A stretch of DNA of 64,000 nt, from NCBI RefSeq assembly GCF_041886205.1, contig NZ_CP169029.1. The stretch is one strand, 5' to 3'. Made by a program: the position numbers and the translations under genes. This document shows positions 30,217 to 42,233 of the stretch, in pieces. This stretch comes from Escherichia coli. GTDB lineage: Bacteria > Pseudomonadota > Gammaproteobacteria > Enterobacterales > Enterobacteriaceae. Within the stretch, counting starts at the first letter, position 1; every line of letters starts with the position of its first letter. The notes under the pieces are model-generated. The model had not been told where the DNA came from and searched no databases. It saw only the letters and a program-made list of their open reading frames with translations.

Positions 30217-31167
30217 TTACTGCTGCTGTAAACGTGCTTCGATGGCATCCATTAACATTCCGGTGATCGACACCGGAAACTCTGCTTCAATCTCACGAAT
30301 ACAGGTTGGGCTGGTGACGTTAATTTCAGTCAGACGGTCGCCGATGATATCCAGACCAACAAAAATCAGCCCTTTTTCTTTCAGCGTCGGCCCGACCTGA
30401 CGGGCGATTTTCCAGTCACTTTCCGTCAGCGGACGAGGTTCACCGCGACCACCGGCAGCCAGATTGCCACGGGTTTCGCCCCCCTGCGGAATACGCGCCA
30501 GGCAGTACGGTACCGGCTCGCCATCCACCACCAGCACGCGTTTGTCGCCATCTTTAATGGCTGGCAGGTAATTTTGCGCCATGCAGTAGCGAGTGCCATG
30601 CTCAGTCAGGGTTTCGGCAATCACGCCGAGGTTTGGATCGCCTTCTTTCACGCGGAAAATCGACGCGCCGCCCATACCGTCCAGCGGCTTAAGAATGATG
30701 TCGCTGTGTTTCTCCCAGAACGCTTTTAGCTGCGCTTTATTGCGCGTAACCAGCGTTTCTGGCGTTAAGTCAGAGAACCAGGCGGTAAACAGTTTCTCGT
30801 TACAGTCGCGCAGGCTCTGCGGCTTGTTAACGATCAGCGTCCCTTTCTCTTCGGCACGTTCCAGAATATAGGTCGCGTAGATAAACTCGGTATCAAACGG
30901 CGGGTCTTTACGCATCAGGATCACATCGAGATCGGCCAGCGGCAGATCCTGTTCACCGACGAATGAAAACCACTCTTCGTAGTTCTGCTTCACGTTCAGC
31001 GTGCGGGTATGGGCGCGGGCTTCGCCATTGATCAGATACAGATCGCCCATCTCCATATAGTGAAGTTCGTAACCACGACGCTGTGCTTCCAGCAACATAG
31101 CGAAACTGGAATCTTTCTTGATGTTGATGTTTGCGATGGGGTCCATCACGATGCCGAGCTTGATCAT
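30217..31167 (-). CDS. gshB: Glutathione synthetase
   Basis: MIKLGIVMDPIANINIKKDSSFAMLLEAQRRGYELHYMEM..., 316 aa. Confidence 0.95.
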   Translation of the reverse strand: MIKLGIVMDPIANINIKKDSSFAMLLEAQRRGYELHYMEMGDLYLINGEARAHTRTLNVKQNYEEWFSFVGEQDLPLADLDVILMRKDPPFDTEFIYATYILERAEEKGTLIVNKPQSLRDCNEKLFTAWFSDLTPETLVTRNKAQLKAFWEKHSDIILKPLDGMGGASIFRVKEGDPNLGVIAETLTEHGTRYCMAQNYLPAIKDGDKRVLVVDGEPVPYCLARIPQGGETRGNLAAGGRGEPRPLTESDWKIARQVGPTLKEKGLIFVGLDIIGDRLTEINVTSPTCIREIEAEFPVSITGMLMDAIEARLQQQ

Positions 31168-31179
31168 TATTCTTCTCCG

Positions 31180-31911
31180 TTAGCCCAAATCGCCAAATCG
31201 TACTTGTAGCGCGGTAATGGCGGTGAGCGCAGTTGTCTCTGTACGCAAAACGCGAGGTCCCAACAGGATATCAGTAAATTGATAGCGGGCAGTCATGGCA
31301 ATTTCATCTGCCGATAAACCGCCTTCCGGGCCAATCAGCAGGCGGACGCGTTCAACCGGTAACGGCAACGTATTGATGCTGTTACTGGCGCGCGGGTGAA
31401 GATTCAGTTTCAGTCCTTCATCCTGCTCTGCACACCAGGCTTCCAGATCCATCGCTGGGCGGATTTCCGGCACCCGGTTACGACCACACTGCTCACAGGC
31501 AGCAATTGCAATCTTCTGCCACTGCTGGAGCTTCTTGTTCAGACGTTCACTATCCAGTTTAACGCCGCAGCGCTCAGAAAAAAGTGGCGTAATGAGGCTT
31601 ACACCGAGTTCGATCGATTTCTGGATCGTAAATTCCATTTTTTCACCACGCGACATCACCTGACCGAGGTGAATATGCAGCGGAGATTCGCGATCGTCGA
31701 TCTTGCCTTCCAGCACCTTCACTTCCACGCTTTTTTTGCTGGCGCTGGTAATTTCGGCGTCAAAGACCTGGTTGCTACCGTCAAACAATTGCAACGCCTG
31801 CCCCGGCCCCATGCGCAGTACGCGCCCGATATGGTTGGCGGCATCTTCGCAAAGCGCGATGTGAGAATGGCTGGTCAGTGGTTCAGGATGATAAATGCGG
31901 GGGATACGCAT
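31180..31911 (-). CDS. rsmE: 16S rRNA m3U1498 methyltransferase
   Basis: [34 protein letters not shown]..., 243 aa. Confidence 0.92.
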   Translation of the reverse strand: MRIPRIYHPEPLTSHSHIALCEDAANHIGRVLRMGPGQALQLFDGSNQVFDAEITSASKKSVEVKVLEGKIDDRESPLHIHLGQVMSRGEKMEFTIQKSIELGVSLITPLFSERCGVKLDSERLNKKLQQWQKIAIAACEQCGRNRVPEIRPAMDLEAWCAEQDEGLKLNLHPRASNSINTLPLPVERVRLLIGPEGGLSADEIAMTARYQFTDILLGPRVLRTETTALTAITALQVRFGDLG

Positions 31912-31990
31912 AGTTAAAAATCCGCGTCGTCTCCCCACGCGGTTGTACGCGTGGGGTAGGGGTTAACAAAAAGAATCCCGCTAGTGTAGG

Positions 31991-32698
31991 TTAGCTCTTT
32001 CGCGCCTGGCAAGCGCGTTGCACATACGGGTTATGATTGCCCTGCACCTTCGCGATGCGTTCATCGCGCTCGCACTCCCAGTCGGTAACCGGATACATCT
32101 TGTTCCATGCGTTGAACAGCTGCGTTTGCTGGCGAGAGAGTGTCAGGTTGTATTGGTCGCGCATATAGAAGTAGGTGCGCGCAATGGCACCGCGTGCACG
32201 CGCTGGTGGTTCGGCAGCTTTTTCTTTGAAATCGACCTTCATGGCGCATTGACCGTACTGGCCTTCACCGCCATTCCACTGGCTGTACATAAAGTTGCCG
32301 CGATCGCCATTCACCTCACCGACTGACGGCTGCAGGTTATGCATATCGCTTTCCATCTTGCGATAGACCGGATCTTTAGCGCAGTTTTTACGTCCACCGT
32401 CCTGCCAGCACTGGCGCTGGTGACCGAACTGCCAGGCGGGAACGACATGTTCCCACTCTACGCGGCTGGCGCGGTTTTCATTTTTGCGCACCTGATAGCC
32501 GCACGATTGCAGATCAACAACGCCTTTTTTGCCCTGCCAGTTAATTTTACATCCGCAATAAAACGTACCGGGCGCGTCAGCGTGGACTTTTACCGCCGCG
32601 GCTTTCGCCTGAGAAAAACTATTGATACCTTCGGCCAACGCCGGGCCGGAAAATGCTGCGCTCAGTACCACCGCAGCAATAGACAAATAACGGTACAT
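31991..32698 (-). CDS. endA: Periplasmic endonuclease I
   Basis: [32 protein letters not shown]..., 235 aa. Confidence 0.93.
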
Positions 32699-32792
32699 CA
32701 CTTACTCCGTGTTAAAACGAGCCAGCAACGTAGCGAAAGTTGTTTTGGTATGCAATCAGCCAGATCAGGAAAGTTCCTGATAGTTCAGATGG

Positions 32793-33290
32793 TTATTTCG
32801 CAACCAGCTGTTCACCGCAGTGAACACAGCGATAGACGGCCTCGCCACGAACTACGCGATTATGGCGGCGTACGGTAAGCTGATGCTCCTGGCACTTGCA
32901 GCGGTAGGGGAAGGTGTTGCGACGCACGGATTGCAGTTCGAACTGATGCGTACGACGGGCGGGAACACCCAGCACGTTTTCCATCATCCACTTCCACTCT
33001 TTGCCATGTGGCGCTACGCGGCCGAAATGTTTCCATACCAGCAAATGTGCCAGTTCGTGCGGCACCACTTCTTCAATAAAGGCTTCACTGTTTTCCAACA
33101 GCAAAACGGGATTGAGGCGAATTTCATAGCTTTCCAGCCAGGCTGTTCCGGCGGAGGTTCCGCGCTGGGTGTAAGAGAGTTTTGGCTCCGGGTAGTTACG
33201 CCCTAGCTTCAGGTTGGCCTGGGCGAGTTTTTCCCGCAGGCGACGCATAACGGCCTGTTGGATGGCGATAGGGAGACGGGATGTTTTCAT
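32793..33290 (-). CDS. sprT: SprT-like zinc metalloprotein
   Basis: [27 protein letters not shown]..., HELAH zinc motif, 165 aa. Confidence 0.92.
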   Translation of the reverse strand: MKTSRLPIAIQQAVMRRLREKLAQANLKLGRNYPEPKLSYTQRGTSAGTAWLESYEIRLNPVLLLENSEAFIEEVVPHELAHLLVWKHFGRVAPHGKEWKWMMENVLGVPARRTHQFELQSVRRNTFPYRCKCQEHQLTVRRHNRVVRGEAVYRCVHCGEQLVAK

Positions 33291-33366
33291 AGCGGCAGAG
33301 GATAGAGCGAAGAAAAGATGACTGCAAGAGGTGGCTTCCTCCGCGATGGGAGGAAGCTTGGGGAGA

Positions 33367-34761
33367 TTAATCGTGAGCGCCTATTTCGCGCAGTTTACGA
33401 CCTTTCATCAGATTACGTTCAATATGTTCCAGCGAAACGTGTTTGGTTTCCGGTACCAGCCACAATGTCAGCAGGATAAACAGTACGTTCAGAGCCGCAT
33501 ACACCCAGAAGGTGTTGGCGTTACCCAGCGTGTTGAGCATGGTCAGGAACGTTGCGCCAACGATCATGTTGGCAATCCAGTTGGTGGCAGTGGAGCAGGT
33601 GATGCCAAAATCGCGGCCTTTCAGCGGCTGAATTTCGGAGCACAGTACCCAAATCAGCGGACCGGCACTCATGGCAAAACCGACAATAAACATCAGCAGC
33701 ATGGCGATGGCGAAATACTGCGCCGACGGAGAGTGAATACCGATATGCATCATTGTACCGAGTACGCCCATGCCAGCAGCCATCACCAGGAAGCCCAGCG
33801 TTAGCGTTGGTTTACGTCCCCAGCGGTCAACAAGGCCGATTGCGATAAAGGTGGCAAGTACGTTGGTCAGGCCGACAATCACGGTCCCCCACATTTGCTC
33901 GGTAGTGTTGGTATAACCCGCCAGTTCGAAGATTTTCGGCGCGTAATACATGATGACGTTCATCCCGGTGAATTGCTGCATTACCTGCAACAGTACGCCA
34001 AGGAACACCGCGCGGCGGAAGTTGCTGTTCTCTTTAAACAGCGCCCAGCCACTCTGTTTAACCTGCAAACTTTCACGGATTTCATCCAGTTCGCGTTTCG
34101 CTTCCGCGCTGGTGTCACGCAGGCGTAGCAGCACGCGTTCGGCATCAACAAAACGGCGTTTGGCGGCAAACCAACGTGGGCTGTCTGGCAGGAAGAAGAC
34201 ACCAATCAGCAGCAAAATTGCCGGGATGATAATCACACCCAGCATCCAGCGCCATGCACCGGTGTAGCTGAAGGCTGTATCAGAAAGATAAGCACCGAGG
34301 ATCCCGATAGTGATCATCAACTGATACATCGAGATCATACTGCCACGAATTTTTTCCGGCGCAATTTCAGAGAGGTACAGCGGTGCGGTATAAGAGGCCA
34401 CACCCACCGCCAGCCCCAGTAGAACGCGGGAAAGAATCAGTACTTCAACGTTTGGCGCAGCCGCAGAGAACAGCGAACCGGCAACAAACAAAATTGCGCC
34501 GATCATCAGGCTCTTTTTGCGCCCGAGTTTAAAGGAGAGCCAGCCGCTGCCCACCGCACCGACTGCCGCACCGAACATCATGGAGCTTACGACCCATTCT
34601 TGCGTGTGCGAAGTAATCTGGAATTCATCTGCAATAAACGGCAGTGCGCCAGCAATTACACCGATATCCAGGCCAAAGAGTAATCCCGCCAGAGCGGCAA
34701 GGAAGCAGACGAAAAACGTCATTGCCTTGTTTGACCGCCCCTGTTTTTTAGCGTCAGGCAT
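33367..34761 (-). CDS. galP: Galactose:H+ symporter GalP
   Basis: [42 protein letters not shown]..., 464 aa, MFS sugar porter. Confidence 0.95.
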   Translation of the reverse strand: MPDAKKQGRSNKAMTFFVCFLAALAGLLFGLDIGVIAGALPFIADEFQITSHTQEWVVSSMMFGAAVGAVGSGWLSFKLGRKKSLMIGAILFVAGSLFSAAAPNVEVLILSRVLLGLAVGVASYTAPLYLSEIAPEKIRGSMISMYQLMITIGILGAYLSDTAFSYTGAWRWMLGVIIIPAILLLIGVFFLPDSPRWFAAKRRFVDAERVLLRLRDTSAEAKRELDEIRESLQVKQSGWALFKENSNFRRAVFLGVLLQVMQQFTGMNVIMYYAPKIFELAGYTNTTEQMWGTVIVGLTNVLATFIAIGLVDRWGRKPTLTLGFLVMAAGMGVLGTMMHIGIHSPSAQYFAIAMLLMFIVGFAMSAGPLIWVLCSEIQPLKGRDFGITCSTATNWIANMIVGATFLTMLNTLGNANTFWVYAALNVLFILLTLWLVPETKHVSLEHIERNLMKGRKLREIGAHD

Positions 34762-35142
34762 GATGCCCTCCAATATGGTTATTTTTTATTGTGAATTAAG
34801 ATAGGTGAGTACGACGTAAAAAGATGTGAAGCAAATCACATCAGTGTAATCGCTTACACTAACATTTATCTTAGTTATGGTTTAAGTGCATGAAAATAAT
34901 TGAGTTATATCATCATAGATTAAACGCTGTTATCTGCAATTAAGACTTTACTGAAAAGAAATGTAACAACTGTGAAAACTGAATAATAATATGAAAATAT
35001 TACAAATATTTGGCTGGTGTTATTGGTGTAATCGGTTTCAGTAGTGATGATAATTTGCGATAAAACGTGTTGAGGAAGAATGATGTTATTGTGCGGGCAG
35101 CTTTTTGCCGGATGCGGCGTGAATGCCTATCCACCGCGGTGA

Positions 35143-35176
35143 GGTAAAAGAAAAAGGCCAGCGCGAGGCTGGCCTT
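35143..35176 (-). terminator. Rho-independent terminator of metK
   Basis: Hairpin aggccagc/gctggcct followed on the minus strand by TTTTTCTTTT. Confidence 0.6.
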
Positions 35177-35196
35177 TGAAAGCAGGTGAAGAAAGA

Positions 35197-36351
35197 TTAC
35201 TTCAGACCGGCAGCATCGCGCAGCAGCTGCGCTTTGTCGGTTTTTTCCCACGGGAAATGTTCACGACCAAAGTGACCGTATGCTGCGGTTTCTTTGTAGA
35301 TCGGGTGCAGCAGATCCAGCATCTGAATCAGACCGTATGGGCGCAGGTCGAAGAACTCACGTACCAGCAGAGTCAGTTGTTCAGAAGGCACTTTCTCAGT
35401 ACCGAAAGTTTCTACCATGATGGAGGTCGGTTCAGCCACGCCGATTGCGTAGGAAACCTGAATTTCACAACGATCGGCCAGGCCAGCAGCAACGATGTTT
35501 TTCGCGACATAACGTGCTGCGTAGGCTGCGGAACGGTCCACTTTTGATGGATCTTTACCAGAGAATGCTCCGCCACCGTGACGTGCCATGCCGCCGTAGG
35601 TATCAACGATAATTTTACGACCAGTCAGACCGCAGTCACCCATCGGGCCACCGATAACAAAACGACCGGTCGGGTTGATGAAGAATTTGGTGGCAGAAGT
35701 CAGCCATTCAGCGGGCAGAATCGGCTTGATGATCTCTTCCATTACCGCTTCTTGCAACGATTTCTGGTCGATCTCTTCAGAGTGCTGAGTGGAAAGCACG
35801 ACAGCATCGATACCAACGATTTTGCCGTCGTCATACTGAAAAGTCACCTGGCTTTTCGCGTCCGGGCGCAGCCACGGCAGAGTGCCGTTTTTACGCACTT
35901 CAGCCTGACGCTGTACCAGACGGTGTGCATAGGTGATAGGTGCTGGCATCAGCACGTCGGTTTCATTAGTTGCGTAGCCAAACATCAGACCCTGGTCACC
36001 CGCGCCCTGTTCCAGCGGATCGGCACGGTCAACGCCCTGGTTGATGTCAGGAGACTGTTTGCCGATAGCGCTCAGAACCGCACAGGAGTTAGCGTCAAAG
36101 CCCATGTCGGAATGCACATAGCCAATTTCGCGAACGGTGTTACGGGTGATCTCTTCGATGTCTACCCAGGCGCTGGTGGTGATTTCGCCGCCAACTAAAA
36201 CCATGCCGGTTTTTACGTAGGTTTCGCAAGCAACGCGTGCTTTCGGATCCTGTTCGAGGATCGCGTCTAAAACGGCATCAGAAATTTGGTCAGCAATTTT
36301 GTCAGGATGCCCTTCAGAGACGGACTCGGACGTAAAAAGGTGTTTTGCCAT
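35197..36351 (-). CDS. metK: S-adenosylmethionine synthetase
   Basis: [43 protein letters not shown]..., 384 aa. Confidence 0.96.
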
Positions 36352-36654
36352 ATTTAATATCACCTAAAGAGAATTTGGTTAGCTCAAACTGTTGTGTGGA
36401 TTTTCTGTGGTAGCGGATCCTACCACGACTCTGCAGGTTAAAAACACTGGCAGTCTGAGTGTTAATCGGTATGGATGGATTAACATCTGGATGGCTATTT
36501 TAGGTCAATTCTTCACCCTATTTCCACTTTTTTTTGAATCGTGTCTCATTCTGTTAAAAACGTGGCTGGAAATTTTTCCTGACAATGCCGGCATTCTGCG
36601 TATTTATCTTTTGCAATTTTCTGCCATTGTGGGGTATAAAACGCGGCGCGCGGC

Positions 36655-36870
36655 TTAAATAAAAAGCACACGACGTTTCTTTCGTGTTGCCACTTCCAGC
36701 CGGGTTGAAATCAGAGTTTTGGCTTGTGGGTTCGTCTTAACAGGCGGCCGTGGAGGTGATACGAAATAATGAACCGTTGTCTGCTGCTTAACCTGTCTCA
36801 CCGTTCTGGTGAAGATTCGTTCCCCGCACTCTGCATCTCTGCTTTGCATACCTGCCGATGTTATACCCAT
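36655..36870 (-). CDS. yqgC: Small protein YqgC (71 aa), annotated in K-12 between metK and speA
   Basis: 71-aa ORF at the position and orientation expected for yqgC by synteny; sequence identity recalled only weakly. Confidence 0.4.
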
Positions 36871-37005
36871 CTCGGCGCTTCTCAGGATTCAAGAGCTGGT
36901 TACAGTTACTGAGGACTGAACAAGGGCGCTCTTGTAAAAACAAGAGTTTTCTCGTGGTTTCGCCGAACTGTCACACTTACGTTCGGTTATGTGCTTAATA
37001 ATGTT

Positions 37006-37137
37006 ATGAAAAAGAAACCGGTTGCGCAGTTGGAGCGTCAGCATTCACTGCTGGAAAATCCATGTGCTTATGGGTTGTTATCGCAGTTCCAGGCTGCGAT
37101 AGTCGTTAACTGTTTTACACTTAATAAAATAATTTGA
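37006..37137 (+). CDS. yqgB: Small protein YqgB (43 aa), immediately upstream of speA
   Basis: Hand-translated [43 protein letters not shown], matching K-12 YqgB. Below the ORF-track size cutoff. Confidence 0.6.
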
Positions 37138-37145
37138 GGTTCGCT

Positions 37146-39122
37146 ATGTCTGACGACATGTCTATGGGTTTGCCTTCGTCAGCGGGCGAACACGGTGTAC
37201 TACGCTCCATGCAGGAGGTTGCAATGAGCTCCCAGGAAGCCAGCAAGATGCTGCGTACTTACAATATTGCCTGGTGGGGCAATAACTACTATGACGTTAA
37301 CGAGCTGGGCCACATCAGCGTGTGCCCGGACCCGGACGTCCCGGAAGCTCGCGTCGATCTCGCGCAGTTAGTGAAAACTCGTGAAGCACAGGGTCAGCGT
37401 CTGCCTGCACTGTTCTGTTTCCCACAGATCCTGCAGCACCGTTTGCGTTCCATTAACGCCGCGTTCAAACGTGCGAGGGAATCCTACGGCTATAACGGCG
37501 ATTACTTCCTTGTTTATCCGATCAAAGTTAACCAGCACCGCCGCGTGATTGAGTCCCTGATTCATTCGGGCGAACCGCTGGGTCTGGAAGCCGGTTCCAA
37601 AGCCGAGTTGATGGCAGTACTGGCACATGCTGGCATGACCCGTAGCGTCATCGTCTGCAACGGTTATAAAGACCGCGAATATATCCGCCTGGCATTAATT
37701 GGCGAGAAGATGGGGCACAAGGTCTATCTGGTCATTGAGAAGATGTCAGAAATCGCCATTGTGCTGGATGAAGCAGAACGTCTGAATGTCGTTCCTCGTC
37801 TGGGCGTGCGTGCACGTCTGGCTTCGCAGGGCTCGGGTAAATGGCAGTCCTCCGGCGGGGAAAAATCGAAGTTCGGCCTGGCTGCGACTCAGGTACTGCA
37901 ACTGGTTGAAACCCTGCGTGAAGCCGGGCGTCTCGACAGCCTGCAACTACTGCACTTCCACCTCGGTTCGCAGATGGCGAATATTCGCGATATCGCCACG
38001 GGCGTTCGTGAATCTGCGCGTTTCTATGTGGAACTGCACAAGCTGGGCGTCAATATTCAGTGCTTCGACGTCGGCGGCGGTCTGGGCGTGGACTATGAAG
38101 GCACCCGTTCGCAGTCCGACTGCTCCGTAAACTATGGCCTCAATGAATACGCCAACAACATCATCTGGGCGATTGGCGATGCGTGTGAAGAAAATGGTCT
38201 GCCGCATCCGACGGTAATCACCGAATCGGGCCGTGCGGTGACTGCGCACCATACCGTGCTGGTGTCGAATATCATCGGCGTGGAACGTAACGAATATACG
38301 GTGCCGACCGCGCCCGCAGAAGATGCGCCGCGCGCGCTGCAAAGCATGTGGGAAACCTGGCAGGAAATGCACGAACCGGGAACTCGCCGTTCTCTGCGTG
38401 AATGGTTACACGACAGCCAGATGGATCTGCACGACATTCATATCGGCTACTCTTCCGGCACCTTTAGCCTGCAAGAACGTGCATGGGCAGAACAACTCTA
38501 TCTGAGCATGTGCCATGAAGTGCAAAAGCAGCTGGATCCGCAAAACCGTGCGCATCGTCCGATAATCGACGAACTGCAGGAACGTATGGCGGACAAAATG
38601 TACGTCAATTTCTCGCTGTTCCAGTCAATGCCGGATGCATGGGGGATCGACCAGTTGTTCCCGGTTCTGCCGCTGGAAGGGCTGGATCAAGTGCCGGAAC
38701 GTCGCGCAGTGCTGCTGGATATTACCTGTGACTCTGACGGTGCTATCGACCACTATATTGATGGTGATGGTATTGCCACGACAATGCCAATGCCGGAGTA
38801 CGATCCAGAGAATCCGCCGATGCTCGGTTTCTTTATGGTCGGCGCATATCAGGAGATCCTTGGCAATATGCACAACCTGTTCGGTGATACCGAAGCGGTT
38901 GACGTGTTCGTGTTCCCTGACGGTAGCGTAGAAGTAGAACTGTCTGACGAAGGCGATACCGTGGCGGACATGCTGCAATATGTACAGCTCGATCCGAAAA
39001 CGCTGTTAACCCAGTTCCGCGATCAAGTGAAGAAAACCGATCTTGATGCTGAACTGCAACAACAGTTCCTTGAAGAGTTCGAGGCAGGTTTGTACGGTTA
39101 TACCTATCTTGAAGATGAATAA
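37146..39122 (+). CDS. speA: Biosynthetic arginine decarboxylase
   Basis: [56 protein letters not shown]..., 658 aa. Confidence 0.96.
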
Positions 39123-39139
39123 TTAAGATTATTCCGCTG

Positions 39140-39180
39140 GCGGGTCGATTTATTTACGTAAATCGGCCCGCTTTCTTTTT
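39140..39180 (+). terminator. Rho-independent terminator after speA
   Basis: Hairpin gcgggtcgattta/taaatcggcccgc followed by TTTCTTTTT. Confidence 0.55.
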
Positions 39181-39267
39181 ATATATTCTTAAAAATAATC
39201 TCGCTGCTTTTCTTATTAAATAATCTCCCTACAATCGCTGCATTAATTAAATGCAGAGGGAACGGTT

Positions 39268-39999
39268 ATGAAAAAATGGAAAGTACGTAGCGCGTTGGTG
39301 GCATTAATCGTGCTGCTGGCCGGTTGTTCCAGTAATGCGCAGTATAATAGCAGTGCATCGGGCAATGTCGGCACTGCCTGGGGTGGGGATGTGCACTCAA
39401 CGGTTCAGGGCGTATCTGCTGAGCGAGCCTGGCGCGATCCGGCAGAGATGATCGTTATTAGTTATTCGACTAATGTTCCTTCCGGCTACGACCGCGTTTA
39501 TAGCATTCGTATTAACGAACTGGAATATGCTATTCGCGATGGTAATTTTAATTCTCTACCTATTACGCGGATTTATGATTCATCCAATAATGAACCACGC
39601 TATATTGTCCATGCCAGAGTCGGAATGAATTATCAATTATATGTCCGTAATTACAGTCGTAACACCAACTACGAGATCGTTGCTACGGTTGATGGCATGG
39701 ATGTGCTGAACGGCAAGCAAGGTTCGCTGAATAACAACGGCTATATTGTGAATGCCGGAGATTCGTTAGCGATTAAAGGATTCCGCAAAGATAAACATAC
39801 CGAAGCGGCTTTTCAGTTCGCCAACGTTGCTGATTCCTACGCAGCCAATTCGGCGCAAGGCGATGTGCGTAATACCGGTGTAATCGGCTTTGCCGCCTTT
39901 GAATTACAAGGCCCGGCGCAAAACGCGCTGCCGCCGTGCTCTGGACAAGCCTTTCCGGCAGATAACAATGGCTATGCGCCGCCACCGTGTCGGAAATAG
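39268..39999 (+). CDS. Hypothetical lipoprotein (243 aa), accessory gene inserted between speA and speB
   Basis: Signal peptide with lipobox MKKWKVRSALVALIVLLAGC|SS; RBS GAGGGAACGGTTATG. As I recall, K-12 has no gene between speA and speB. Confidence 0.65.
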   Translation: MKKWKVRSALVALIVLLAGCSSNAQYNSSASGNVGTAWGGDVHSTVQGVSAERAWRDPAEMIVISYSTNVPSGYDRVYSIRINELEYAIRDGNFNSLPITRIYDSSNNEPRYIVHARVGMNYQLYVRNYSRNTNYEIVATVDGMDVLNGKQGSLNNNGYIVNAGDSLAIKGFRKDKHTEAAFQFANVADSYAANSAQGDVRNTGVIGFAAFELQGPAQNALPPCSGQAFPADNNGYAPPPCRK

Positions 40000-40134
40000 C
40001 AACCTCGCTTGATGCCTCGCCCATTTAAGGCGATAATTAGCACAAACTTGTGTTTCGCAAATCCAACCCTTCCTCGTCGGGCCTAACGACGCGGAAGGGT
40101 TTTTTTATATCGACTTTGTAATAGGAGTCCATCC

Positions 40135-41055
40135 ATGAGCACCTTAGGTCATCAATACGATAACTCACTGGTTTCCAATGCCTTTGGTTTTTTACGCCTG
40201 CCGATGAACTTCCAGCCGTATGACAGCGATGCCGACTGGGTGATCACCGGCGTGCCGTTCGACATGGCCACCTCTGGCCGTGCCGGTGGTCGTCACGGTC
40301 CGGCAGCGATCCGTCAGGTTTCGACGAATCTGGCCTGGGAACACAACCGCTTCCCGTGGAATTTCGACATGCGTGAGCGCCTGAACGTCGTGGACTGCGG
40401 TGATCTGGTATATGCCTTCGGCGATGCCCGTGAGATGAGCGAAAAACTGCAGGCACACGCCGAGAAGTTGCTGGCTGCCGGTAAGCGTATGCTCTCTTTC
40501 GGTGGTGACCACTTTGTTACGCTGCCGCTGCTGCGTGCTCATGCTAAGCATTTCGGCAAAATGGCGCTGGTACACTTCGACGCCCACACCGATACCTACG
40601 CGAACGGTTGTGAATTTGACCACGGCACCATGTTCTATACCGCGCCGAAAGAAGGTCTGATCGACCCGAATCATTCCGTGCAGATTGGTATTCGTACCGA
40701 GTTTGATAAAGACAACGGCTTTACCGTGCTGGACGCCTGTCAGGTGAACGATCGCAGCGTGGATGACGTTATCGCCCAGGTGAAACAGATTGTGGGTGAT
40801 ATGCCGGTTTACCTGACTTTTGATATCGACTGCCTGGATCCTGCTTTTGCACCAGGCACCGGTACGCCAGTGATTGGCGGCCTGACCTCCGATCGCGCTA
40901 TTAAACTGGTACGCGGCCTGAAAGATCTCAACATCGTTGGGATGGACGTAGTGGAAGTGGCTCCGGCATACGATCAGTCGGAAATCACCGCTCTGGCAGC
41001 AGCGACGCTGGCGCTGGAGATGCTGTATATTCAGGCGGCGAAAAAGGGCGAGTAA
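40135..41055 (+). CDS. speB: Agmatinase
   Basis: [51 protein letters not shown]..., 306 aa. Confidence 0.96.
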   Translation: MSTLGHQYDNSLVSNAFGFLRLPMNFQPYDSDADWVITGVPFDMATSGRAGGRHGPAAIRQVSTNLAWEHNRFPWNFDMRERLNVVDCGDLVYAFGDAREMSEKLQAHAEKLLAAGKRMLSFGGDHFVTLPLLRAHAKHFGKMALVHFDAHTDTYANGCEFDHGTMFYTAPKEGLIDPNHSVQIGIRTEFDKDNGFTVLDACQVNDRSVDDVIAQVKQIVGDMPVYLTFDIDCLDPAFAPGTGTPVIGGLTSDRAIKLVRGLKDLNIVGMDVVEVAPAYDQSEITALAAATLALEMLYIQAAKKGE

Positions 41056-41062
41056 GCACCAG

Positions 41063-41185
41063 ATGCGATGCCACCCGTAGGCCGGATAAGATGCAGTCAG
41101 CATCGCATCCGGCAATGCGCACAGGGTAACAAATGTGCCATTGATGTCAGATGCGGCGTGAACGCCTTATCTGACCTACGTTCGA
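41063..41185. repeat. REP elements
   Basis: gccggataagatgcag...gcatccggcaatg and gatgcggcgtgaacgccttatctgacctac palindromic units. Confidence 0.7.
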
Positions 41186-41197
41186 CACCACCAGGCT

Positions 41198-41956
41198 TTA
41201 CTTAATCCCATCCGCGCTCATGCGATCGCGAATATGCTGGGCGCGTTCGGCGGATGCCGGATGGTCGTCAAACATTGAGCTTTGACGGCCTTCTTCCAGC
41301 TTCGCCAGTTTTTCAAAGCTGGTGGCAAGACCTGCCGGGCTGATGCCGCGTTGGCGCAGAAGATCGTAAGAATAATCATCGGCTTCTGCTTCCTGGCGCT
41401 GGGAGAATTGCGAATTGACTAATTTCTCGCCCAGATCACCAAGTTGTGATTGAGATAAACTGCCGACAATCCCGCCCGCAGAGGCCGCAGCTACTCGCAC
41501 GGCATTTGTACCAAGTGCCACCTGCATCCCTTTCTTCACATGACCTAACGCCACATGGCCCATTTCATGGCCGATTACCGCTTCAACTTCGTTGTCGGTC
41601 ATCATATCCATCAGGCCGCTATAGACGCGGATGCAGCCGTTCGCCATCGCAAAGGCGTTCACATCTTTCGCTATATACACTTTGTAATTTACCGGCTGAC
41701 CGTTGATATTGTTGCCTAGCGCATTGGCAATAGTTGTCAGACGTTTAGCGTATTCGCTATTGGCTGGCGCAATCGTCGCCTTGCTGTCCATCTCCTGACA
41801 TGCCTGATCGCTCAGGGTTTTCACCTGCGCATCACTCAAACTGTAAGCCTGAAAAGCTTCCGCTCCTGATGAGAGCAGTCCGTTGGAGTCCATATTCTGG
41901 CAACCAGTCAGTACCGTTGCCACGCTCATTGCTACCAATAAGGCGCGAATTTTCAT
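41198..41956 (-). CDS. loiP: Outer-membrane metalloprotease LoiP (YggG), M48 family
   Basis: MKIRALLVAMSVATVLTGCQNMDSNGLLSS..., HEMGH zinc motif, 252 aa. Track ORF is extended upstream. Confidence 0.92.
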   Translation of the reverse strand: MKIRALLVAMSVATVLTGCQNMDSNGLLSSGAEAFQAYSLSDAQVKTLSDQACQEMDSKATIAPANSEYAKRLTTIANALGNNINGQPVNYKVYIAKDVNAFAMANGCIRVYSGLMDMMTDNEVEAVIGHEMGHVALGHVKKGMQVALGTNAVRVAAASAGGIVGSLSQSQLGDLGEKLVNSQFSQRQEAEADDYSYDLLRQRGISPAGLATSFEKLAKLEEGRQSSMFDDHPASAERAQHIRDRMSADGIK

Positions 41957-42233
41957 GTTTTCTCTTCCGCACAAGGTCAGGATTATTCTAAAAATGCGCC
42001 GTTTGCAGGTGAATCGACGCTCAGTCTCAGTATAAGGAAAAGCGCAGCGGACGGGCGAGTAGATTGCGCAACATGCGAGCATGATCCAGAGATTTCTGAA
42101 GCGGCAAAAGGATGTTCCATGTACATGACGCGCGGCTTGCGGTAAATTGTTGGCAAATTTTCCGGCGTAGCCCAAAACGCGCTGTCGTCAAGTCGTTAAG
42201 GGTGTGCCCTTCATCATCCGATCTGGAGTCAAA

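Noticed and set aside
35100-35142. Partial REP-like sequence (gccggatgcggcgtgaatgcctatcc) next to the metK terminator
   Set aside because: Only one half-site is recognisable; not confident enough to annotate as a separate repeat feature.
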